A DNA stretch of 64,000 nt from Solirubrobacteraceae bacterium (GTDB taxonomy: Bacteria > Actinomycetota > Thermoleophilia > Solirubrobacterales > Solirubrobacteraceae): NCBI GenBank assembly GCA_035536715.1, contig DATLNO010000077.1, positions 9,221-73,220 of the forward strand, in the 5' to 3' direction. The translations under genes and the position numbers were made by a program. Below, piece after piece: positions 45,401 through 52,925 of the stretch. Numbering within the stretch: position 1 is the stretch's first letter; the number at the start of each line of letters is the position of its first letter. The notes under the pieces were generated by a model. It was not told where the DNA came from. It did no database searches and saw only the letters and a list, made by a program, of their open reading frames with translations.

Positions 45401-48400
45401 CGTCTCGGGCTTCGGGATCAGCGGGACGAACGCGCACGTCGTGCTCGAAGAGGCGCCGGCGGCGGAGTCCCACACCACGGCAGCGGACCTTCCCGCGGTG
45501 CCGCTCATCCTGTCGGCGAAGTCGCGGGGCGCGCTGCGGGAGCAGGCTCGGGCGCTGCACGAGCACATGGTGCGGCGGCCGCAGGTCGTGCCGGCCGACG
45601 TCGGCTGGTCGCTCGCGACCGGGCGTGCGCGCTTCGCGCACCGCGCCGCGGTCGTCGGCACCGACCGCGCGCGGCTGCTCGCGGGCCTCGACGCCGTCGC
45701 GAGTGGGATGCCCGCCGACGGCGTCGCCGCCGGCAACGCCCGCGACGCCGCGAGGGTCGCGTTCGTGTTCCCGGGCCAGGGCTCGCAGTGGCTCGGCATG
45801 GCGCTCGACCTGTGGGACACCGCCGACGCGTTCGGGGCGCAGATGCAGGCTTGTGCCGACGCGCTGCGCCCGCACACCGGCTGGGAGCTGCGCGACGTCA
45901 TCGCGGGAGCGCCCGGGGCACCGGCGCTCGAGCGCATGGACGTCGTCCAGCCGGCGTCGTTTGCCGTGTTCGTCTCGCTCGCCGCGCTGTGGCGCTCCTA
46001 CGGTGTCGAGCCGGCGGTCGTCGTCGGCCACTCGCAGGGCGAGATCGCCGCCGCGTACGTCGCCGGCGCCCTGACATTGCAGGACGCCGCGCGCGTCACG
46101 GCGCTGCGCAGCGCCGCGCTCGTCGACCTCGCCGGCGCGGGCGGGATGATGTCGGTCTTCCTGCCCGCGAGCGAGGTGCTCGAGCGGATCGAGCGCTTCG
46201 ACGGCCGGATCTCGCTGGCCTCCTACAACAGCCCGCGCTCGACGGTCGTCGCGGGCGAGCCGCAGGCGCTGCGCGAGCTGCTCGCGGAGTGCGAGGCCGC
46301 CGGCGCGCGCGCGCGGATGATCGCCGTCGACTACGCGTCGCACTCCCAGCAGATCGAGTCGATCCGCGCGCGCCTGCTCGAGGACCTGCGGCCGATCGCG
46401 CCGGTCAGCACGCAGATCCCGCTCTACTCGACGACGACCGCCGGGCTGATCGACGGCACCCGGCTCGACGCCGAGCACTGGTATCGCAACCTGCGCGAGC
46501 CGGTCCGCTTCGAGCAGGCCACGCGTGCGCTCGTCGACGACGGCGTGACGGCGTTCATCGAATCGAGCCCGCACCCGGTCCTGACGTGGGCCGTGCAGGA
46601 GACCGTCGACGATGCGGCGACCGATGGCGGGCGCGATCGGATCGCCGTCGTCGGCTCGCTGCGCCGCGACGAGGGCACGCTCGCGTGCTTTCTCTCGTCC
46701 GCGGGGGAAGCCTTCGCCGGCGGTGTCGAGGTCGACTGGGAGGCCGCGTTCGCCGGCGCCGGTGCGCGCCGCGTCGGCCTGCCGACCTACCCCTTCCAGC
46801 GCACCCGCTTCTGGTTCGAGCAGCGCGCGGGAGCAGGCGGGGGAGACGGGTCGCTCGCTGCGGCCGGCATCGGCGCGGCCGAGCACCCGCTGCTCGGCGC
46901 GGCGGTCGAGCTCGCCGGCGGCGACGGCTGCCTGCTGACCGGCCGCATCGCCTCGTCCGGCCATTCCTGGCTCAACGATCACGAGCTGTTCGAGCAGGTC
47001 ACGCTCGCGCAGTCGGCCTTCGCCGAGATGGCGCTGCGAGCGGGCGCCGAGGTTGGCTGCGACACCGTGGAGCAGCTGACCCTGGAGGCGCCGCTCGTGC
47101 TGCCCGCGGTGGGCGGCGTGCGGCTGCAGGTGACCGTGAGCGGCGCGGACGACAGCGGCCGCCGGACGCTCGCGATGCACGCCCGGCCCGACGCGGACGG
47201 ACTGGCCGACGCCGCCTGGGTGCGCCACGCGACGGGCACGCTCAGCGAGGCCGCGACCGCCGACCACGAACCGCTGCCCGCGCAGTGGCCGCCTTCCGGT
47301 GCGGTCGCGCTCGACCTCGACGAGCTCTACGACCGCCTCGCCGCCAACGGGCGCACGTACGGCGCGGAGCTCCAGGTGGTGCGCGCCTGGCGGCTCGGCG
47401 ACGAGCTGTTCAGCGAGGTCGGGCTTTCCGAGAAGGAGCTCGTCGACGGGGCGCGCTTCGCGATCCACCCGGTGCTCCTCGACGCGGCGCTGCATCCGGC
47501 GATCGCGGCGCGCGACCCGGCGAGTGTCTCGCCGGCGCTCGAGTGCAACGGCCTGCGCGTGCAGCAGCCCGGCACGCTCGCGCTGCGTGTGCGTCTCTCG
47601 CCCGGGGAAGGCGACACCCTGCGGTTGACGGCGACGGACGAGCGCGGGGCGCTCGCCCTGACCATCGACGCCGTCGCCATGGCGCCGCCGCAGGACGGCC
47701 GCGCGGCAGCCGGTCGCGACGCGGCCCTCGAGGCGCTCTACCGCATCCGCTGGACGCCGCTCGCCGCGTCCGCCTCCTCGAGCGGCGGCGCGACGGCGCA
47801 GCTCGACGCCGTCGACATCGTCGCCCCACGGACCGTCACCGAGGCGCTCGCGCTCGTGCAGGGCTGGCTCGTCGAGGACCGTCCGCCGGACGCTCGCCTC
47901 GCCGTGCTCGTGCCCGGCGCGGGCGCGGTACTCGACGGCGAGTCGCCCGACCCCGAGGCGTCGGCGATCCGCGGCCTGCTGCGCAGCGTGCAGTCCGAGC
48001 ATCCTGACCGCGTCGTCACGCTCGACGTACACGAGGCCAGTCCCCGGGAGATCGCCGCCGCGGTCGCGACGGGCGCGGCCGAGGTCGCGCTGCGCGATGG
48101 CGCGGTCCTCGTGCGCCGGCTCGCGCGCGCGCCTGCCGACACGGCGCCATCCGGCACCTGGCGGCTCGCGCCCGAGCGCGCCGGTGCGCTCGTCGCGGCG
48201 GCGCCCGACCACGGCGACGGCGACCGTCCGCTGCGCAGCGGCGAGGTGCGGTTGGCCGTCCGCGCCGCCGGCGTGAACTTCCGCGACGTGCTGATCGCGA
48301 TCGGCGTCCACGGGGCTCAGCTCGGCGCCGAGGCCGCCGGCGTCATCGCGGAGGTCGGGCCCGACGTGGACCGCCTGCGTCCCGGCGATCGCGTCATGGG

Positions 48401-51137
48401 GATCGTCCCCGGCGCCTTCGGTCCGCTGGCCGTCGCCGACGCCCGCACGCTCGTTCCGATCCCCGCCGAGTGGTCGTTCGCGCAGGCGGCCACCGTCCCG
48501 GTCGCCCACGCCACGGCATACCTCGCGCTGCACGACATCGCGCGGCTGCAGCCGGGGGAGCGCGTGCTGATCCACGCCGCCGCGGGCGGCGTCGGGATGG
48601 CCGCCGTCGCGCTCGCTCAGCGGACCGGAGCGGAGGTCTTCGCGACGGCGAGCCCGGCGAAGTGGGACGCGCTTGGAGCGCTCGGGATCGACGGCGAGCA
48701 TCTCGCCAGCTCGCGCACGACGGACTTCGCCGCGAAGTTCGAGCGGGTCGACGTCGTCCTGAACTGCCTGACGGGCGAGCTGACCGATGCCTCGCTCGCG
48801 ATCCTGGCGCACGGTGGGCGCTTCGTCGAGCTTGGCAGCGCCGACGTTCGGGATCCCGCGGCGATCGCCGCCGCATTCCCTGGCGCGACGTACGAGACCG
48901 TCGACCTCTTCGGCACGAAGCCGAAATCGCTCGGCAAGATCCTGCGTGCGGCCGCCGCGCAGGCCCAGCCGCTGCCGATCACGGCCTGGGACGTGCGCGA
49001 CGGCTCACAGGCGCTGGCGTTCATGAGCCAGGCCCGCCACATCGGCAAGGTCGTGCTGACCGTGCCGCACGCGCTCAATCCCGAGGGGACGGTGCTCGTC
49101 ACCGGTGCAACGGGCGGCCTCGGCGCCGTCGTCGCCGAGCACCTCGCGCGCGAGCACGGCGCCCGCCGCCTGCTGCTTGTCAGCCGCCGCGGTCCGGACG
49201 CGCCGGGGGTCGACTCCCTGTGCGAGCGCCTGGGTCAGCTCGGCTGCGAGGCAACCGTCGTCGCCTGCGACGTCGGAGACCGCGCCGCGCTCGCCGCGCT
49301 GCTCGAGACGATCGACACGGGCAACCCGCTGACGGCGATCGTCCACGCCGCGGGAACGCTCGACAACGGCATGGTCGAGTCGATCGACGAGGCGCGCCTT
49401 GCTGGCGTCATGCGCCCGAAGGCGACCGCCGCTCGCTGGCTCGACGAGCTCACGCGCGGCGAGGACCTCGCGGCGTTCGTGCTGTTCTCGTCGGTAGCGG
49501 CGACGTTCAGTCACCCCGGTCAGGGCAACTACGCCGCCGCAAACGCCTACCTCGACGCGCTTGCCCAGCAGCGCCGCACCAATGGGTTGCCCGCGACCGC
49601 TGTCGCCTGGGGACTGTGGGGCACGGGCAGCGGGATGTCGACGCGCCTGAGCAAGGAGGACATCGAGGTGCTGGCGGCCGACACGGGTCAGCGCGAGTTG
49701 CCCGTCGCGCAGGCGCTGGCGCTGCTCGACGTCGCCATCGGCCATCGTGAGGCGCTGCTCGTCGCCACGACGCTCGACCACGCATCGCTGCGCGCGCAGG
49801 CGCGGTCGGGCGTGCTGCCGGCGCTGCTGAGCGACCTCGTGCGCGCAACCAAGCGGACCACGGCCCGCGGGGGCGCTGCTGCTCGCGCGGGCGCGACCGG
49901 CGGCTCGCTGGCACAGCAGCTCGCCGCTGCCGCACCGCAGCAGCGCGACGAGCTCGTGCTCGAGCTCGTCCGCGCCCAGGCCGCCGCCGTGCTCGGTCAC
50001 GCGTCGGGAGGCGACGTGCCGCCCGACCGCCCGTTCAAGGAGCTCGGCTTCGACTCGCTCGGGTCGGTCGTGCTGCGCAACCGCCTCGGGCAGATCACCG
50101 GCCTGCGCCTGCCGTCGACGCTTGTCTTCGATCACCCGACGCCGCTGGCGATGGCGGCCTTCATGCGCGCGCTGGCCGAGCAGGACGAGCACGCCCAGGA
50201 GGGCGCGCAACCCACGGCGCCGGTCACCGTGCCGGCTTCCGAGCCGCTCCCCGCGATCGGGATGGCGCTGCTCGCCGAGCCGATCCGCCAGGAGGTCGCG
50301 CCGAGCGCCAACGGCCACGGCCCGCACGCGTCGTTGCCGGCCGGTGCGGCGCACGACGGGTCCCACGTCGCCGTAGGCGGCTACCGTGGCGCCGTGCTCA
50401 GCTCACTCGCCGGCGCCGTGCGGACCCTGCGCTTGCGCGCCTGGATCCTGGCGACGCGGGCACGCCTTGCGCGGCTGGGTTGCACGTTCGTCGTCGAGAT
50501 CGACGGGACGCCGCGCTTCGACGAGCTGCCGCGGATCGTGACCGACGCCGTCGGCGCGGGCGGCGGCTCGCTGACGATCAGGATCGGTCGTGGGTGCCGC
50601 TTCGGCCGCGGGCTGACGCTCGACCTCTGGACGCACGCCGACAGTGTCCTGGAGATCGGCGACCGCTGCCAGTTCCAGGACCGCATTCGCCTGCAGCCGT
50701 GGGGCGGCGCGATCCGCTTCGGCGCGCAGGTGCGCGTGCGCGACGGCGCCGAGCTGAAGTCCAAGGGCGAGCTGCTCGTCGGCGCCGACTCGTTCATCGG
50801 GCGCAACACGGCCGTGCACTGCCACGAGCGCATCGAGTTCGCCGATCACGTGAACCTCGCCGAGGGCGTGAACGTCATGGACTCCGACCACACGCACGAC
50901 GGCAGCGATACGTACGTCGCGCGTCAGAAGATCGTGTCGGCGCCGGTCGTGGTGCAGAGCAACGTCTTCGTCGGGACCAACGCGCTGATCCTGCGCGGCT
51001 CCCACGTCGGGCGCAACGTGATGATCGCGACCGGCGCGGTGCTCACGGGCGGCGAGTATCCGGAGTGCTATCTGCTGGCGGGGGCGCCGGCGCAGCCGCT
51101 GCGGCCGCTGGAGCCCGACGACCCCATACCGTCCTGA
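42459..51137 (+). CDS. type I polyketide synthase: AT-ACP loading didomain + KS-AT-DH-ER-KR-ACP + C-terminal hexapeptide-repeat acyltransferase domain
   Basis: Single open frame of 2892 aa. The motifs are listed under the domain features below. ATG at 42459 was chosen rather than track start 41973, whose first 162 codons overlap the PPTase gene. Confidence 0.9.
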   Translation: MRQRTVALPWVLSAQDEPALREQATRLKAHLEAHPQLHTADVGWSLVAGGAHLERRAVAIGEDRKALLGGLEAIASGAPAQGVARGIAHATTAHRLAFVFPGQGSQWPGMALELAAQSPLFAARLQACEDALSPHIDWKLDDVLRAAPDDELWDRSDIVQPSLFCVMVSLATLWRSFGVRPDAVVGHSLGEISAACVAGILSLEDAARVAALTSRALHELGGDDGMVLVDLGAEQLEERTAQIDGRLTLAAFNGPHAIVVSGEQPALDELLAGCEADGIRARRIRVDGTSSVAHSSQIEAIRERLARDLAPVEPRPSGVTFYSSVTGEPIDYTELGPEYWYRSLREPVRFEQATAALVRDGATAFVESSPHPVLTFAVEGTIESAAAAGTGLATPIGDVPHAVIGSLRRDGGLARFLVSVGEAHATGIELDWTPAFAAARPTRIDLPLRETASAAVADVPVAAAADSLLADDQRTDAGLLALVREHAAAVLALGSADAIAPRRAFKEMGMESLQGVELRNRLAQVTGLRLPSTLVYDHPTPAAVADRLATILSGAQRASRATVRLSAHHDEPIAIVGMSCRYPGGVRSAQDLWDLVAAGTDAIGPFPEDRGWDLDGLYDEDPDVTGTSYVRSGGFLYDAPDFDAAFFQIAPREASVMDPQQRIVLETSWAALEDAAIDPERLAGSAAGVFLGVSSQDYGSFLPGFATEYEGLRMTGSLTSVVSGRVSYALGLEGPGVTVDTACSSSLVALHLACQSLRTGECSLALAGGVTVLSSPGMFIEFSRQRGLAPDGRSKAFAASADGASWAEGAGVLVIERLSDARRNGHRVLGLVRGTATNQDGASNGLSAPSGPSQEQVIRQALANAGVSPADVDAVEAHGTGTTLGDPIEAGALLATYGQDRVDGPLWLGSIKSNIGHSHAAAGVAGVIKMLMAMRAGVLPRTLHVDAPTPHADWSGGRVELLTEQRDWPRAGHPVRPRRAGVSGFGISGTNAHVVLEEAPAAESHTTAADLPAVPLILSAKSRGALREQARALHEHMVRRPQVVPADVGWSLATGRARFAHRAAVVGTDRARLLAGLDAVASGMPADGVAAGNARDAARVAFVFPGQGSQWLGMALDLWDTADAFGAQMQACADALRPHTGWELRDVIAGAPGAPALERMDVVQPASFAVFVSLAALWRSYGVEPAVVVGHSQGEIAAAYVAGALTLQDAARVTALRSAALVDLAGAGGMMSVFLPASEVLERIERFDGRISLASYNSPRSTVVAGEPQALRELLAECEAAGARARMIAVDYASHSQQIESIRARLLEDLRPIAPVSTQIPLYSTTTAGLIDGTRLDAEHWYRNLREPVRFEQATRALVDDGVTAFIESSPHPVLTWAVQETVDDAATDGGRDRIAVVGSLRRDEGTLACFLSSAGEAFAGGVEVDWEAAFAGAGARRVGLPTYPFQRTRFWFEQRAGAGGGDGSLAAAGIGAAEHPLLGAAVELAGGDGCLLTGRIASSGHSWLNDHELFEQVTLAQSAFAEMALRAGAEVGCDTVEQLTLEAPLVLPAVGGVRLQVTVSGADDSGRRTLAMHARPDADGLADAAWVRHATGTLSEAATADHEPLPAQWPPSGAVALDLDELYDRLAANGRTYGAELQVVRAWRLGDELFSEVGLSEKELVDGARFAIHPVLLDAALHPAIAARDPASVSPALECNGLRVQQPGTLALRVRLSPGEGDTLRLTATDERGALALTIDAVAMAPPQDGRAAAGRDAALEALYRIRWTPLAASASSSGGATAQLDAVDIVAPRTVTEALALVQGWLVEDRPPDARLAVLVPGAGAVLDGESPDPEASAIRGLLRSVQSEHPDRVVTLDVHEASPREIAAAVATGAAEVALRDGAVLVRRLARAPADTAPSGTWRLAPERAGALVAAAPDHGDGDRPLRSGEVRLAVRAAGVNFRDVLIAIGVHGAQLGAEAAGVIAEVGPDVDRLRPGDRVMGIVPGAFGPLAVADARTLVPIPAEWSFAQAATVPVAHATAYLALHDIARLQPGERVLIHAAAGGVGMAAVALAQRTGAEVFATASPAKWDALGALGIDGEHLASSRTTDFAAKFERVDVVLNCLTGELTDASLAILAHGGRFVELGSADVRDPAAIAAAFPGATYETVDLFGTKPKSLGKILRAAAAQAQPLPITAWDVRDGSQALAFMSQARHIGKVVLTVPHALNPEGTVLVTGATGGLGAVVAEHLAREHGARRLLLVSRRGPDAPGVDSLCERLGQLGCEATVVACDVGDRAALAALLETIDTGNPLTAIVHAAGTLDNGMVESIDEARLAGVMRPKATAARWLDELTRGEDLAAFVLFSSVAATFSHPGQGNYAAANAYLDALAQQRRTNGLPATAVAWGLWGTGSGMSTRLSKEDIEVLAADTGQRELPVAQALALLDVAIGHREALLVATTLDHASLRAQARSGVLPALLSDLVRATKRTTARGGAAARAGATGGSLAQQLAAAAPQQRDELVLELVRAQAAAVLGHASGGDVPPDRPFKELGFDSLGSVVLRNRLGQITGLRLPSTLVFDHPTPLAMAAFMRALAEQDEHAQEGAQPTAPVTVPASEPLPAIGMALLAEPIRQEVAPSANGHGPHASLPAGAAHDGSHVAVGGYRGAVLSSLAGAVRTLRLRAWILATRARLARLGCTFVVEIDGTPRFDELPRIVTDAVGAGGGSLTIRIGRGCRFGRGLTLDLWTHADSVLEIGDRCQFQDRIRLQPWGGAIRFGAQVRVRDGAELKSKGELLVGADSFIGRNTAVHCHERIEFADHVNLAEGVNVMDSDHTHDGSDTYVARQKIVSAPVVVQSNVFVGTNALILRGSHVGRNVMIATGAVLTGGEYPECYLLAGAPAQPLRPLEPDDPIPS
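42744..43610 (+). other. PKS domain: loading acyltransferase (AT1)
   Basis: FVFPGQGSQWPGM, and GHSLGE (Ser codon about 43020). The specificity position reads SVAHS rather than HAFH or YASH. It is preceded by a KS-AT-linker-like segment of about 95 aa but no KS. Confidence 0.75.
43890..44115 (+). other. PKS domain: ACP1
   Basis: FKEMGMESLQGVELRNRL (Ser codon 43991-43993). Confidence 0.7.
44166..45455 (+). other. PKS domain: ketosynthase
   Basis: PIAIVGMSCRYPGG, DTACSSS (Cys codon 44684-44686), EAHGTGT, and NIGHS. It ends at GTNAHVVLEEAP. Confidence 0.85.
45755..46610 (+). other. PKS domain: extender acyltransferase (AT2), methylmalonyl-type signature
   Basis: FVFPGQGSQWLGM, GHSQGE, and VDYASHS (YASH motif). 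Confidence 0.8.
46880..47690 (+). other. PKS domain: dehydratase (divergent active-site motif)
   Basis: HPLLG start, then WLNDHELFEQVTLAQSAF where the consensus is HxxxGxxxxP. The His is kept; the Gly and Pro are replaced. Confidence 0.6.
48155..49070 (+). other. PKS domain: enoylreductase
   Basis: VRAAGVNFRDVLIAIG and HAAAGGVGMAAVALAQ (NADPH site). Confidence 0.8.
49085..49650 (+). other. PKS domain: ketoreductase (catalytic subdomain)
   Basis: GTVLVTGATGGLG, LDN at the LDD position, and GQGNYAAANAYLD. The structural psi-KR region lies at about 47700-48150. Confidence 0.8.
49950..50175 (+). other. PKS domain: ACP2
   Basis: FKELGFDSLGSVVLRNRL (Ser codon 50055-50057). Confidence 0.75.
50385..51134 (+). 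other. PKS C-terminal domain: left-handed beta-helix (hexapeptide-repeat) O-acyltransferase-like, in the place of a TE
   Basis: IGDRCQFQDRIRLQP.., VGADSFIGRNTAVHCHERIEFADHVNLAEGVNVMDSDHTHD, PVVVQSNVFVGTNALILRGSHVGRNVMIATGAVLTGG, LLAGAPAQPL. This is the LacA/WcaF/NodL-type pattern with a candidate catalytic His in SDHTH. Confidence 0.6.
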
Positions 51138-52107
51138 CCGGGGTCAGCAGCGGTGGCGGCCCGCCCGGCAGCCCCAGGCCGCCGAGGATCCCGCGCACCT
51201 CGCGCGGGTCCTCGCGGCGGGCGAGGCACAGCGCCGCGCCGGCGAGCGCGTCGGCGAGCAGCGCGACGGTGAGCCCGGCCCGCTGCGGCCGGCTCCAATG
51301 CAGCGCCGCGTAGCGGCGCAGCGACGCGACCCACTCGGCCCGCATCCGCGCCGGGTCGGCGCGCTGGGCGCGACCGACGCTCGTCCCGTAGCCGTGTGCT
51401 GCGGTCGCGGCGGGCACGATCTCGATGCCGCGGCCGGCGTCGGTCAGGCGGCGACAGAGGTCGCCGTCGTTGAAGAACAGCGCAAAGCGCTCGTCCAGCG
51501 GACGCGGCTGCAGATCACTGCGCCGCGCCATGATGCAGGCCGCGGCCGGGCAGAACACGGCGACGGGGTCGCTCGGCGGGCCGCCGGCCCAGAGGTCCTC
51601 GTAGCGGCGCGTCGCCGCCGCGCGGCCGCCGCGCAGCGCCGCGTCGGCGCGCCGGCCCACGGTCGTGTAGGCCCACAGCACCCCGGCGAGGCCGATGTCG
51701 CGGCGCGCGTGCAACTGCGGCGTGCCGTCGGGATCGTGCAGCAGCGCGGCGGCGATCGCGACCTGCGGCCGCGTGGCGAGGTGGTCGCGCAGCGCGCGGG
51801 CGCAGCCGGCGTCCATCACGCAGTCGGGGTTGAGGAGCAGCACGTGCTCGCCGGCCGAGGCGTCGAACGCCGCGTTGACCGCTGCGGCGAAGCCCGTGTT
51901 GGAGCCCATCTGCAGCAGCTGCACGCCGTCGGCCGCCCGCGCCGCGACGCGCGCGACGGTGTCGTCGCGTGACGCGTTGTCGGCGACGGTCACGTCCACC
52001 GTCAGATCCTCGCCGGCCTGCGCCAGGGCCGCGTCGAGGCACGCTGCGATCTCGTCGCCGTGCTCGTAGGTGACGATCAGGACCGATAAGCCGGGTGCGC
52101 TGGGCAC
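51043..52107 (-). CDS. glycosyltransferase family 2 protein (rhamnosyltransferase-like)
   Basis: LSVLIVTYEHGDEIAACLDA..., ADNASRDDT, NTGFAAAVNA and LLLNPDCV. GTG start. Its 3' end overlaps the PKS 3' end by 95 nt (convergent). Confidence 0.75.
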   Translation of the reverse strand: MPSAPGLSVLIVTYEHGDEIAACLDAALAQAGEDLTVDVTVADNASRDDTVARVAARAADGVQLLQMGSNTGFAAAVNAAFDASAGEHVLLLNPDCVMDAGCARALRDHLATRPQVAIAAALLHDPDGTPQLHARRDIGLAGVLWAYTTVGRRADAALRGGRAAATRRYEDLWAGGPPSDPVAVFCPAAACIMARRSDLQPRPLDERFALFFNDGDLCRRLTDAGRGIEIVPAATAAHGYGTSVGRAQRADPARMRAEWVASLRRYAALHWSRPQRAGLTVALLADALAGAALCLARREDPREVRGILGGLGLPGGPPPLLTPVRTVWGRRAPAAAAAAPAPPPADSTPDTRRP

Positions 52108-52158
52108 GGCCTCACCCTACGGAGCCGCGGCGATCTGCCGATCGCTGCCGTCCGCGGC

Positions 52159-52184
52159 GGCGGCGACCCCGCAGGGTCGCCGCC
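52159..52184 (-). terminator. GC-rich hairpin downstream of the 52197..52826 gene
   Basis: GGCGGCGACCC (52159-52169), CGCA loop, GGGTCGCCGCC (52174-52184): an 11-bp perfect stem with no clear U-tract. Confidence 0.35.
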
Positions 52185-52196
52185 CCGGACATCCTG

Positions 52197-52826
52197 CTAC
52201 GGAGTGTTGGTCAGCGTGATGCCACCGATGGGCGTCGCGATGATCGACGACTCCGATAGGCGGAAGCTCGTGCCCGCGCTGCATTCGAGGAAGAACTCCG
52301 ATGGCGTGGCGACGGTGCGGGTGCTCTGCATGAACAGCGTCGCCGGTGCCGTCTTGCTGCTGACGACGACGTTCTGCAGTGACTCCGTGGCGTCGCCCGC
52401 GAGGTCGAGCCGGCAGCGGCCCTCGGGGCTGCTGCGCTCCGGAAGCAGCGGGTTCTGCGCCGCTGGCAGCGCGGTCATGACGGTCGACGCGGTCACCGCG
52501 TAGGCGCCCGGCGGGACCGTCAGCGACAGGACCCTCGCCGCGATGTTCGGAGGCTGGCCCTCGGGGCCCGCCTTGCGGGCACCGTGATAGACGGTGGCGG
52601 CCCCGCCACCGCCCGAGGCGGTCTTCAGCTTGTCCGCCGTGATGGTGCCGTTCTTGATGTCCCTGCCCTGGAGCGAGCCATCCTTGATGTCGGCAGAAAG
52701 GATGATGTTGTTCTTGATCTGCTTGCTCGACGTGATCATCGTCGCCGCGTATGCGGTCCCGGCAAGGGCCGCGAAGAGCGCGATGCCCGAGATGACGAGT
52801 GCTGGGCTGGGCCGTCGAAGCTTCAT
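52197..52826 (-). CDS. hypothetical secreted/anchored protein
   Basis: RBS GGGGAGAA, then signal/anchor MKLRRPSPALVISGIALFAALAGTAYA and a short repeated motif IKDGSLQGRDIKNGTITADKLK. It is visibly less GC-rich than its neighbours. Confidence 0.5.
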   Translation of the reverse strand: MKLRRPSPALVISGIALFAALAGTAYAATMITSSKQIKNNIILSADIKDGSLQGRDIKNGTITADKLKTASGGGGAATVYHGARKAGPEGQPPNIAARVLSLTVPPGAYAVTASTVMTALPAAQNPLLPERSSPEGRCRLDLAGDATESLQNVVVSSKTAPATLFMQSTRTVATPSEFFLECSAGTSFRLSESSIIATPIGGITLTNTP

Positions 52827-52925
52827 GAGGTTTCTCCCCTGATGTTTGGATGCCGGTCTTCCGTTGACCGGACCTTAGTCTTCCTGCTGCTGAGAAGGAA
52901 CACGCGGCCCGGGCGAGAGCTTCGC

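Noticed and set aside
50176-51137. Search for a thioesterase (GxSxG...H), terminal reductase (TGxxGxxG) or condensation (HHxxxDG) motif after ACP2 of the PKS.
   Set aside because: None was seen. The only recognisable pattern is the hexapeptide-repeat acyltransferase-like domain, which is reported as a finding.
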